A stretch of 18,787 nucleotides of DNA, taken from Candidatus Hydrogenedentota bacterium (GTDB lineage Bacteria; Hydrogenedentota; Hydrogenedentia; Hydrogenedentales; SLHB01). The stretch lies in NCBI GenBank assembly GCA_045863335.1, contig BTVY01000003.1, forward strand, positions 204,120-222,906. The letters run 5' to 3'. The translations under genes were made by a program, and so were the position numbers. This document shows positions 8,195-16,907 of the stretch, in pieces (position 1 is the first letter of the stretch; every line of letters begins with the position of its first letter). Below the pieces are notes generated by a model that saw only the letters and a list, made by a program, of their open reading frames with translations, ran no database searches and was not told the DNA's origin.

Positions 8195-11089
8195 TCAGTT
8201 CGCGTTCTTCACGGTAACGGTCATGCTGGCCGAAGCGGTGTGGTCTCGGAAGTCCGTCGCGTAGACCGTGATCGCATATTCACCGTCCGGATAGTCGCTG
8301 GTTCTCCAACACAACTTCGAATGGTCTTCCTCTAACTCGCGCGCAGGTTCATCTGCAGGCGCATTGGTAATGATGTAATAGGAAAGGCTTTTGTTTCCCC
8401 GAGTCGTGTCCGGTCCAAACAACCGCGGATGCTTGTATGCGATCTTCGTGAGTTCCGTATTGTAATCGCGGTGCGTTGGGGAGTTCTTGATGACGAGTCC
8501 TGTGAAGTCGAAACTCGCGCACAAATCCTCTTTTCCGCTTTCTACGGAGCGGATCCCGTACTCAACCTTGGCCACGCCGAGCCGGTCCCCGTACCCATTA
8601 TCCCGCGCATGAGCGTATAGACCCTGCTCGCGCATGGCAACGACGATATCCACGTCTCCGTTCACGGCAATAATGCCGGACGCATCCGGCGCGAACACGT
8701 CGTCGCTTTCATTCCGAAAGAAATAGTACGGGGTTTGAATCACCGGCGGTTCGTCGTCGGGATACGTAAAATGGCCATTGGGCATTAGCGTATACTGCCA
8801 CTCGCCCCAATACGGATCTTGCGAGTACAATTTGTCGAGATGGATATGGGGTAGTCCATCGAACTCCACCTTTCCGATGAACGTTCCGCGCGGCACGTAC
8901 TGCCCGACGTCCACCTGGATATCGCCGAGGTGCACATAGTACCACCCGAACGCGGGTTCTGGGCCCTTCGTAGCAACGACTGCGACCGCGCCATGCGCGA
9001 TGGACTTAACCCATCCGTCTTCCATAGCGTAGATCGGCGTTCCATTGTCCAACACGAAATCCAGGCCGGTATGGAAGTACGCCATCCGCTCGTCGCCCTG
9101 ATACAACGGAAAGTCGTTGATGATCCAGACGCTTTCAGCCAATTGCTGCCGTTCCGCCTCGCTCAGGCCGGGTGCTTCGTGCGGCCACGGCAGAGGATAC
9201 CGTTCCGGTTCCGGCGGCGGGTCAAGTTCCGGCGATGGCGGGAGACTTGGCATAGACCGCGCGTACACGGGCTGCGCATCGGGATAAACTCTGCCAGGAT
9301 GCTGAAGAACATCCGGCGGGTACTTGGCAGTCTCCGCGATTTGCTCGTTCGATGACTGGCCAGTTCCCACCGCCATCGGCGAAGTGACCTTGAGAAGCAT
9401 TCCCTGATTAGCGCCCTGTTCGATCCAGGATTCGACGAGTTCAGTCACATCAATCCGCAGAATACCGTCACGCGGTCTCACGTCGGCGGTTGCTTTTGGG
9501 GTCGGTTCGAAGGCGGGTTGGTTGTCCCATTTCGCGGTACTCTCGTCCCAGCGTTCCAAAACACGATAGACACCCAGCTCGAAAGAGTCTTTCGGAGGAA
9601 TTGCGGAGAGCCGGGCGTCCAAAACCAGTTCCGCTTTCTGAAGGGCCTGACCAACTCTGGGTTTTACGGAGCCGAATCGAAGCAGCACGCGGTCGAAATC
9701 GCGGAGACTGATGGAAAGATCCGGATGGACGCGCCAGTTGCGATCGGGGATGTGCGCCAGCACCATCACGTCGGCCAAGACGGGTACGTTAATTTCGTAG
9801 CGATCGAATTGAAGCTCCAGTCTTGGCGGTTGTCCGGTGGTATTCTCCCTGCTCGTGAAGTATATCCAATCGCCGGGATGATTCTGGCCACGAGCCGGTT
9901 CAGACGCAACAACGGCAGGAGTCTTGGGGGGATCGGATACACGAATTGCCTGCAGCGCGGGTTTGAGCTTGTCGTAGTCCAGTTCCAGCGCTCGCGCCAC
10001 GGTTTGCGGATCGTACTGCGACGAGTCGAACAACGTGTCGAACGTCCACAGCACGTAGCTGAATCCATAGTGGCGCGCACGCGTGTCAAATGTCTGTAAC
10101 TTCGCTGGATCGACTTTGTCGTTCTCGCCCCACGTCACTTTGGCGAGGTTCGCGCCCATCTTGTCTCCGAGGCGTTCGGCAAGCCTCGTCATCTCAAAGG
10201 TATCTGTTCCGACATCGACGTCTTCCTTGATGAGGAGGTAGGGATGCGCCACGTCGATGGTGTCTTTAATGTGATTCCAGTAATCGGGGTCATTGACCGA
10301 TACCACGCCAACCCGCAGGTCCGGCTTGATAGATTTCCACGTCGCGCGCGCCTGGGTCAGAAACTGCGCAACATCGCCATGGGCGCCCGCTGGATGGTTC
10401 CGGCTTGCCGCCGCTTCAGGCGACTGATCGACGTTGCGCGGATTGTAGATTATGACTTCGTCGAAACCGGGACATTGCTCGATGATTTCTGAGCCCCACT
10501 GTATTCCCCACGCGCGTGCTTCTGGACTCGTGTATCGAATCTCGCTGCCATGGTCCCAGGCAGGACTGCCGTCGGCCTTCACCTGAATCGGAACCGTTGG
10601 CGTTCCGAGAAATCGCGGCCGGTACATAGCCAACACCTCGATGCCGCGTTTTCGCAACGCATCGACAAATGTATTGACCGCCGCGAAATCCGTCCGTTCC
10701 CAGTGATGTGTTATCCAGGCCCAGTCCACGACGATGGGCCGGAAATCCCCCGCGACAACGAACGCCTCCAACGCATCCACGGAGTACCGGTGGCCAATGT
10801 CCGAAGCGAGTATGGCGATGCCGCGGGTTGCTTGGCGGGGTGCGATTTCGGTGGGATTGGACACTCGCGGAGACGCTGCACCTGAAAACGCCTCAGCAAC
10901 GATCGGCGGCGGCGCATCCGAATCCTGCAGGCTCACCAACGGAATTTGATCTGCTTGACGACCGCCAACCGCGTACCCAACAAGAAACGCGCACGCGAGT
11001 AGCAACCCCAAACATACGATACCCAGCATGATATATCGAGACACAGCGGCCCCCAGAATCGCGGTAAATGCTCGTCTTGCTGCGGGCAT
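8195..11089 (-). CDS. Membrane-anchored multidomain protein: GH-like domain + DNRLRE-like domain + M23 peptidase + C-terminal Ig-like segment (~964 aa)
   Basis: N-terminal TM segment; M23 motifs HTGLD, YYVHL and PHIHL; DNRLRE-type W.E...WDNQP...DVTELVESW..NQGMLL. ATG at 11089 lies 1 nt after the upstream TGA. Confidence 0.85.
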   Translation of the reverse strand: MPAARRAFTAILGAAVSRYIMLGIVCLGLLLACAFLVGYAVGGRQADQIPLVSLQDSDAPPPIVAEAFSGAASPRVSNPTEIAPRQATRGIAILASDIGHRYSVDALEAFVVAGDFRPIVVDWAWITHHWERTDFAAVNTFVDALRKRGIEVLAMYRPRFLGTPTVPIQVKADGSPAWDHGSEIRYTSPEARAWGIQWGSEIIEQCPGFDEVIIYNPRNVDQSPEAAASRNHPAGAHGDVAQFLTQARATWKSIKPDLRVGVVSVNDPDYWNHIKDTIDVAHPYLLIKEDVDVGTDTFEMTRLAERLGDKMGANLAKVTWGENDKVDPAKLQTFDTRARHYGFSYVLWTFDTLFDSSQYDPQTVARALELDYDKLKPALQAIRVSDPPKTPAVVASEPARGQNHPGDWIYFTSRENTTGQPPRLELQFDRYEINVPVLADVMVLAHIPDRNWRVHPDLSISLRDFDRVLLRFGSVKPRVGQALQKAELVLDARLSAIPPKDSFELGVYRVLERWDESTAKWDNQPAFEPTPKATADVRPRDGILRIDVTELVESWIEQGANQGMLLKVTSPMAVGTGQSSNEQIAETAKYPPDVLQHPGRVYPDAQPVYARSMPSLPPSPELDPPPEPERYPLPWPHEAPGLSEAERQQLAESVWIINDFPLYQGDERMAYFHTGLDFVLDNGTPIYAMEDGWVKSIAHGAVAVVATKGPEPAFGWYYVHLGDIQVDVGQYVPRGTFIGKVEFDGLPHIHLDKLYSQDPYWGEWQYTLMPNGHFTYPDDEPPVIQTPYYFFRNESDDVFAPDASGIIAVNGDVDIVVAMREQGLYAHARDNGYGDRLGVAKVEYGIRSVESGKEDLCASFDFTGLVIKNSPTHRDYNTELTKIAYKHPRLFGPDTTRGNKSLSYYIITNAPADEPARELEEDHSKLCWRTSDYPDGEYAITVYATDFRDHTASASMTVTVKNAN

Positions 11090-11090
11090 G

Positions 11091-11843
11091 TCACGAGCCA
11101 AAAGAGAGCTCGTCGAACCACACCTTGCCCCCACCGGTCAGCATCACTCCGTATGAAACTTCCTGCGTGTTGGCGGGGACCTCCATCATGATCGTGTAGG
11201 TGCGCGCCTCTTGAGTGCCCTTAATCGGACGATCCTGCATATTGTCGAAGCCCAATGGCACATCACCCGGCCCGTCGATCCGCAGCCACATCCCCACCCA
11301 ATCGACCACATCTTCCGTCCGAATCGTCCCCGTCAACGTCACCCGCTTGCCGAGGTAGGCAGTCGCTGGGACGGCCTTCATCACGGTTGAAAACCCTTGT
11401 GGATTGGGGTTGGCCGACCGAATGAACATGGCGTCGGAATCATATCCGGGAACTGATTGCTGGGTTCCCGTCACGTAGCCGGTGAAATTGTCTCCCGCCT
11501 GCGCCCAGCCCGGCAGCAACTGTCCTACACTTTCGACGCCGAGAGCGGGTACTGGCGCCGCAACACCGGCATTGTCTGTCTCGCTGGTTGCGACAGACTC
11601 GCCCGCCCGGAAGGCCGAGTACACCAGCGGAAGCACCACGGCGATGAGTCCCAATACGACCAGTGCCCAAAGCCATGCGCGCCCATCCGAAGCAGTGCGG
11701 GCACAACTCAGGCGTCCAATTTCAGGAACTGATCGGGGGTTCTTTTGATTAGGATGCTGTCTCGCCCGCAACGCCGTCTGCGATGGACTCTGGTGCAGAT
11801 GAGGCGTCTTCCCGTTTGCGCGATTTTTCGACTCGATGTCCAT
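11091..11843 (-). CDS. Single-pass membrane protein with C-terminal galactose-binding/CBM-like jelly-roll domain (250 aa)
   Basis: GGAGG RBS 9 nt before ATG; TM WLWALVVLGLIAVVLPLVY; domain signature GKRVTLTG.IRTEDV..W.GMWLRIDG....FDNMQDRPIKGT...VWFD. Confidence 0.8.
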   Translation of the reverse strand: MDIESKNRANGKTPHLHQSPSQTALRARQHPNQKNPRSVPEIGRLSCARTASDGRAWLWALVVLGLIAVVLPLVYSAFRAGESVATSETDNAGVAAPVPALGVESVGQLLPGWAQAGDNFTGYVTGTQQSVPGYDSDAMFIRSANPNPQGFSTVMKAVPATAYLGKRVTLTGTIRTEDVVDWVGMWLRIDGPGDVPLGFDNMQDRPIKGTQEARTYTIMMEVPANTQEVSYGVMLTGGGKVWFDELSFGS

Positions 11844-12201
11844 TGGAGCCGTCCTCCCCCGGGCGAAGGCTGTAGATCCCCCGCGCCAATTCGTCCCAAT
11901 GACTGTTCATCATTGTACAACAATTGACGCCGTTCGGCGTTAGCGCGTAATACTTACGCGCGGGGCCGTTGGGGGATTCTTCGAGGCGCGCGCGGAGGAG
12001 TCCCGCTTTGCGCATGCGGGATAAGAGGGGATAGATGGAACCTTCGGCGATGCCCAGCCCGCGCATTTCGGTAAGCTTCCGCACCAAGTCATAGCCGTAG
12101 ACCTCGCCTTGGGCGACCATGTTCAGCACGCAGAGTTCAAGCAATCCGCGGCGGATCTGGGTGGCCCAGTTGTCTACGTTGAAATCGTCTTGTTGCGGCA
12201 T
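11749..12201 (-). CDS. PadR-family transcriptional regulator
   Basis: QIRRGLLELCVL...YGYDL...EGSIYPLLSRM...ESPNGPARKYYALT..G...W; GGGAG RBS. Confidence 0.93.
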   Translation of the reverse strand: MPQQDDFNVDNWATQIRRGLLELCVLNMVAQGEVYGYDLVRKLTEMRGLGIAEGSIYPLLSRMRKAGLLRARLEESPNGPARKYYALTPNGVNCCTMMNSHWDELARGIYSLRPGEDGSNGHRVEKSRKREDASSAPESIADGVAGETAS

Positions 12202-12233
12202 GGACTACTCCCGAGGACTCTTCATCTATCTAT

Positions 12234-12262
12234 AGGTTACCATAAGCTAGCATTTGTTGCAA
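12234..12262 (-). promoter_or_regulatory. Putative sigma70 promoter of the padR operon
   Basis: Minus strand TTGCAA-17 nt-TAACCT with a TGn extended -10, ending 32 nt before the ATG. Confidence 0.5.
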
Positions 12263-12499
12263 GGTAGTTGTTGCTTTTTCCGGAGAATAACGATGACGTA
12301 ATCGCAAATTATTATTAATAAGATACTTAGGCGCAGTAAACGAGACTGGCGGCATCTCAATAAGGTAGAAGTCGGTGTGTCTCAAGTAGACCAGAACAAG
12401 CGGGGGCAAAGCAGCCCCAAGGGGCCGCAGTCCATAGAGCGCACTTGTCTCGTTAGGGCTCTTCCGATACCGTACGGAATCGAACGGGAGAGGTAAACA

Positions 12500-14599
12500 A
12501 TGCCTTCGATTCGATTCGTGATGCTGGCGACGCTGTGTGTGACGACCCTCCACGCCGCTGAGCGATTGCCATTGCCGCGGTCTGACGGCCAAACCTTGCA
12601 TGTGGACTTCGAGCAGTACGCCGACGGTTGGGTGGGGCCCGTGAACGCGGGGGTACGTTGGCTCGGCGATCCGTTTACGGATATCAAGCAGAACGTGGTT
12701 GATGTCTTGCGTGAGCCTGATGCCGCATTTGCCGGCGAACGGTGCGCGTATGTGTTTACGAACGTTCCCGATGAACGGGGCCGGGTTATGTTTCAGCGGG
12801 CGTATGACGCGCCGGAGTTTGAATACGAAGTGATTGAGTTTGTTTTCCGTCCCGCGCGCGAGGGCGCTGCCGATTTGAATAAATTTGAGATCTGGACCGG
12901 ACTTGGATACTCGTCCGGGAAAGTGGGGATTCAACTCATCGCGAATGGCGATGTGGCGTCGGGTGCTTATGTCGTGGACGTGGTTTCGGTAGAACGGCAC
13001 GAAAAGGTTTTGACGGATCTCGCGCAGACGCAATGGATGCATTTCGTGCTCCGTCGCGACCGCGCGGCGAAGACCGTTGACCTGTGGGCCGGGCCGCCGG
13101 ACTCGGAAGTGTTCATAGGCACCTATCCCGATCTCGATCCCGAGCGGGCTACGGGCCGCGCGGAAGTCGGGGACACCTCCAGCGAAACGGTCATCGGTTC
13201 GGGGTACTGGGACGACATTCGTATCGGCGCGCCGCTTGCAATGGGCGGCGAGATCAGCCCCGCGGAGACCATGCGCGACGTTTCCAGAGAGGTGCCGGAG
13301 ATTGCGTATCCGATTGTCGTCGACGACACGAAGCAGCTATTCGTGGATGACGTGCTGATCGAGTCCATGGACGGACTGGAGCGGACCTTCCACTCCGTCC
13401 AGAAGCATCCCGACAATCCACTCCTTGTTCCCGAAACGGCGTGGGAAACGGGCGGCACCTGGTATGTGCCCTACAACGTGCTCTGGCAGGAGCCGGGGAA
13501 GACGTTGCGCACGTGGTACGGCGCATACCGTCGTTCCGCGGACAAGTTGACGTACACCTGCGTGGCCGATTCCACCGACGGCATTCATTGGAACCGGTTA
13601 TCGCTCGGCGTTTTCGACTTCGAGGGGTCTACCGACAACAACATCATCTGGGCCGGTCGCGCGATCAAGGTCAACTACGATCTCCAAGATCCCGATCCGG
13701 CGCGGCGCTACAAAGGCATGATGCGGAGCGACGGGTTTACAGCCATGTATTCGCCGGACGGGCTGGACTGGTCGATCAGCGAGGAACCCGCGATCCAGCA
13801 GTGCTACGACGCGACCTCGTTCCATTGGAATCCGGTCGAGAACAAGTGGATCTCGTCAGTGAAGATCTGGCACGACGGCAAACGAGCGCGTGGTTACGCC
13901 GAGAGCACCGATTTCGACCACTGGACCGACACCTACCTCATGCTCAAGGCCGACGAGCGCGACCACCCTGCGGACCAGACCTACTCCATGTGGGTCAGCC
14001 ACTACGAAAGCGTGTTCATCGGCTTATTAAAGATCTTTCACGTGGCGACCGACCGGTGCGACGTGCAACTCGCGTTCAGCCGCAACGCGAAACAGTGGGA
14101 ACGCCCCTGGCGCGAGCCGTTTATCGACTGCTCACCGACGAAAGGCGACTACGACTACGGCAACCTCGATCCCGTCGCCGATCCTATCCCCATGGGCGAC
14201 GAACTTTGGATCTACTACGGCGGCCGCAGCCTCGAACATTACGAACCCCCAACCGATACGAACGGATCGCTCTGTCTCGCCACGCTTCGCCTGGACGGCT
14301 TCGCCTCCATCGGCGGCAATGGCACGCTGGTGACCAAGCCGATCGTTCTCGAAGGTGACGCCCTTTACATGAACGCCGACGCGAAAGGCGGGGAGATTCG
14401 CGTGGAGATACTGGACGCCGAGAGTGGGAATCCAATAGAGAAACTTGGCGAGACTGACTGCCTCCCAATTCGCACAGACTCAGTTCGCCACGCCATAGAA
14501 TGGAATGAGAGCGAAGGTATCGATTCTGTGCGCGATCGGCCCGTCCGATTCCGCTTCGATGTCAAGAACGCTCACCTCTACGCAATTTGGATGGAGTAG
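12500..14599 (+). CDS. Secreted protein: N-terminal beta-sandwich-like domain + five-bladed beta-propeller glycosidase-like domain + C-terminal beta-sandwich (699 aa)
   Basis: GAGAGG RBS; signal peptide; QLFVDD, KHPDNPLL, Asp-box-like S.DG..W repeats, LRLDGFAS, NADA..G...VE..D. Confidence 0.88.
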   Translation: MPSIRFVMLATLCVTTLHAAERLPLPRSDGQTLHVDFEQYADGWVGPVNAGVRWLGDPFTDIKQNVVDVLREPDAAFAGERCAYVFTNVPDERGRVMFQRAYDAPEFEYEVIEFVFRPAREGAADLNKFEIWTGLGYSSGKVGIQLIANGDVASGAYVVDVVSVERHEKVLTDLAQTQWMHFVLRRDRAAKTVDLWAGPPDSEVFIGTYPDLDPERATGRAEVGDTSSETVIGSGYWDDIRIGAPLAMGGEISPAETMRDVSREVPEIAYPIVVDDTKQLFVDDVLIESMDGLERTFHSVQKHPDNPLLVPETAWETGGTWYVPYNVLWQEPGKTLRTWYGAYRRSADKLTYTCVADSTDGIHWNRLSLGVFDFEGSTDNNIIWAGRAIKVNYDLQDPDPARRYKGMMRSDGFTAMYSPDGLDWSISEEPAIQQCYDATSFHWNPVENKWISSVKIWHDGKRARGYAESTDFDHWTDTYLMLKADERDHPADQTYSMWVSHYESVFIGLLKIFHVATDRCDVQLAFSRNAKQWERPWREPFIDCSPTKGDYDYGNLDPVADPIPMGDELWIYYGGRSLEHYEPPTDTNGSLCLATLRLDGFASIGGNGTLVTKPIVLEGDALYMNADAKGGEIRVEILDAESGNPIEKLGETDCLPIRTDSVRHAIEWNESEGIDSVRDRPVRFRFDVKNAHLYAIWME

Positions 14600-14621
14600 A
14601 TTGAAGCAGGACAATTGGACT

Positions 14622-14695
14622 CCTTGCGTCTTTGAGTCTCTGCGACTTTGCGTTTGGGCTTCAACGCAATGACGCGAAGTCGCTAAGACGCAAGG
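14622..14695. repeat. Imperfect 33-bp inverted repeat built from 8-bp TTTGCGTC-like units; possible bidirectional terminator/stability hairpin
   Basis: Arms 14622-14654 and 14663-14695 are 26/33 complementary with an 8-nt loop, between convergent stop codons. Confidence 0.75.
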
Positions 14696-14707
14696 CGGAA
14701 TTTTGGG

Positions 14708-16177
14708 TCAGTGTTTGGAATCGTGGATTTGGAAACCATACAGGGTGCTGTTATCCAGAACGAATCGAATGCCCACGGGGCGCCCTTGTGCCAAGTCGCC
14801 CAGCGATCGCTCGGTGTCGCCATCCCGCCAAACGACCCGGTAGCGTAGTGAATCTTGTCGGATGAGGTGCGAGGAATCGCGTCCCGCCCCTTGGATAACG
14901 TTGCCTTCGGCATCGACGAGTTCGACCGCAAGCCCGCTCTCGGCGACATCCGCGTTGATGACGAGTTCGTTTCCTTCGAACGAGAGACAGTGCGTCTCCA
15001 GCACGGCGTTCGTCGCGCCTTCCTGGACCCGCAGGCCGACGAACCGGTCCTCCGGCAGCGTCGCGAGGCCGATGCCCATCTCGCCCCAGCCTTCGCCGTG
15101 GCGGGTGCTGACGCCGGTATAGTAGATCCAGACCTTGCCGTCGCGGCGGAACATAGTTGTGCCGGGAAACACGCGGCCCGCATCCCAGGTGCCGGGCGTG
15201 GGAACCAGGAACGGCGCTCGGCCCGCGACACGTTCCCAGTTGCGGCCGTCGCGGCTCACGACAAGCTGCGTGTCCATGTGACCTTCGCTGTTGTTGCCCT
15301 CGACTTCGTCGAGATGCAGCAACCAGAGGATTCCGATCAGCACATCGCCGTAGGGCGTCACGGAGATGCCGTAGGGTTGGGACCAGGGGTAACCGTCTTC
15401 TTCGTCCGTCGTGAGGACCGTCTCCTTGGGGGTCCAATCGACGAAATCCTTGCTCACGGAAAGGCCGACGCCCCGCATCACGGCGGGCCAATCGGGATCG
15501 GGTACCTGCGCACGCACGTAGGCCAAGTATTCGCCGTTCCACCTGACCACGCAGGTGCTTGTGTCGTTCTTGCCGACCGCGTCGCGCCAATTGCGGATGG
15601 TCCACGTCAACCCATCCGGCGACTCGCCGACCGACGCGCCGCCCGCGCCTTTGTAGCGCTTTGAAGGGTCCGGGTCGTTCGGCGTCGGGAGCACGCAGAA
15701 GCCGTGCGTGCCTTCGATGATGACGTTGTGCTTTGCGTGACGCCCGAAGGGCTCGCGGCCCACCAACGGTTTCGTCCAGTGCAGACCGTCAACCGATTCC
15801 GCGTAGCAGGTGTAGTACTCCGCGGTCTTGGGGTGCTCTGGATTGTCCGGGATGCCGTCCTTGAATTCATTTGCGAGGTACCAGCAGCGGAACTGCTGCC
15901 GCGATTCGTCGTAGAGCACGGTTCCGTAGATATCCAGGATGCGTTTCTCCCACGGGTGCTCGGGAACGATGACGGGATTGGCCGGGTGCTTTTCCGGTTG
16001 TACCATCACGCGTTTCAGGTTCTGCAAGTCGCGGATGAGATAATCGTCGAGGAAGAGTTGCGGATTGCCGGAGATGGCGATTGGGGAATCGTCTGCCTGT
16101 GCCATCGTGAAAGCCGAGGCGGCCACGATTACGAGGATGACTACAATCCATGCAGTTCGTTTCGCGCTCACGGCCAC
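14708..16177 (-). CDS. Secreted five-bladed beta-propeller glycosidase-like protein (~489 aa), same family as 12500-14599
   Basis: QLFLDD, KHPANPVI, AESVDGLHW, SRDGRNW, IYYTG, NADV. Start moved to GTG 16177 (GGAGG 8 nt upstream, signal peptide follows); the longer ORF only reads through a repeat. Confidence 0.88.
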   Translation of the reverse strand: MAVSAKRTAWIVVILVIVAASAFTMAQADDSPIAISGNPQLFLDDYLIRDLQNLKRVMVQPEKHPANPVIVPEHPWEKRILDIYGTVLYDESRQQFRCWYLANEFKDGIPDNPEHPKTAEYYTCYAESVDGLHWTKPLVGREPFGRHAKHNVIIEGTHGFCVLPTPNDPDPSKRYKGAGGASVGESPDGLTWTIRNWRDAVGKNDTSTCVVRWNGEYLAYVRAQVPDPDWPAVMRGVGLSVSKDFVDWTPKETVLTTDEEDGYPWSQPYGISVTPYGDVLIGILWLLHLDEVEGNNSEGHMDTQLVVSRDGRNWERVAGRAPFLVPTPGTWDAGRVFPGTTMFRRDGKVWIYYTGVSTRHGEGWGEMGIGLATLPEDRFVGLRVQEGATNAVLETHCLSFEGNELVINADVAESGLAVELVDAEGNVIQGAGRDSSHLIRQDSLRYRVVWRDGDTERSLGDLAQGRPVGIRFVLDNSTLYGFQIHDSKH

Positions 16178-16198
16178 CGCGCATTCCTCCAATTTTTT

Positions 16199-16400
16199 GA
16201 AGATGGGTCCCCGCGTTCGCGAGGATGACGGATTGGGTACGTGTGGGGTCTCTCGTTTCAACGTGAGTGCGTTCGTCATTGTATTGTCCTACCGCTCGTT
16301 GTCGAATAACTGCTTTCTACGTTGCGGACTACGCAAGGATAAGCCCGTACCCGCACACCCTCCCAAGCCGTCATCCTCGCGAAAGCGGGGACCCATCTTC
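16199..16400. repeat. 202-bp REP doublet (REPIN-like): CGTC repeat (-) 16199-16231, spacer, CGTC repeat (+) 16368-16400
   Basis: gaagatgggtccccgcgttcgcgaggatgacgg ... ccgtcatcctcgcgaaagcggggacccatcttc; spacer homologous to that of 16908-17110. Confidence 0.92.
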
Positions 16401-16692
16401 AAAGTAGATCGTCGTACAGGTCCCGCCACTGTGAGTTTTCTTGTTCAATGAGTTCAATCTTCCAAGCACGTTTCCACTTCTTCAGAGCTTTTTCGCGATC
16501 GATCGCGTCTTGCATGGTGCCAAGGAACTCGTAGTATACGAGGTGGTGAACGGCGTACTTCGAGGTGAATCCGCTAAACGAGCCGATCTTATGTTGCCAG
16601 ACACGCGTCTTGAGATCGCTGGTCACGCCCACGTAGAGGGTGCCGTTGGGTTTGCTGGCGAGAATGTACACTGCGGGTCGACGCTCGGTCAT
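16399..16692 (-). CDS. Stand-alone GIY-YIG nuclease, Ssn (SsnA-like site-specific ssDNA nuclease) type, 97 aa
   Basis: AVYILAS..NGTLYVGVTSDL..RVWQHK...GFTSKY....LVYYE......AIDREK.LKKWKRAWKI.LIE..N..W.DLY; abutted on both sides by palindromic repeats. Confidence 0.92.
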   Translation of the reverse strand: MTERRPAVYILASKPNGTLYVGVTSDLKTRVWQHKIGSFSGFTSKYAVHHLVYYEFLGTMQDAIDREKALKKWKRAWKIELIEQENSQWRDLYDDLL

Positions 16693-16697
16693 TGGGT

Positions 16698-16907
16698 TAA
16701 GATGGGTCCCCGCGTTCGCGAGGATGACGGTGTGGGAGTGTGTGGGGTTTTACGTGTCAATGTGTGTGCGATCATCGTTGTGGCGTCCTAGCGGTTGTTG
16801 CGGAAGATGGTTCCCCGCGTTCGCGAGGATGACGGTGTGGGTGCGTGTGAGGTTTTTCGTGTCAATGTGTGTGCGATCATCGTTGTGGCGTCCTAGCGGT
16901 TGTTGCG
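16698..16907 (-). repeat. Two 105-bp tandem units (CGTC repeat + 72-nt half spacer)
   Basis: Repeats start at 16698, 16803 and 16908 (period 105). The two 72-nt spacers are near-identical and homologous to the first part of the doublet spacer. Confidence 0.92.

Noticed and set aside
12395-12470. Possible c-di-GMP-I riboswitch in the leader of 12500 (GGCAAA...CCGCA)
   Set aside because: No GNRA-capped P2 or GCAAA/receptor elements in the right places; only a short GC hairpin. An Infernal scan would settle it.
16178-16279. N-terminal extension of the 523-aa ORF and small ORFs at 16065-16451, 16441-16791, 16640-16975, 16950-17276, 16976-17248
   Set aside because: They contain translations of the CGTC repeat (PSSSRTRGPI, MGPRVREDDG, PAFARMT, RHPRERGDPS) and are not credible genes.
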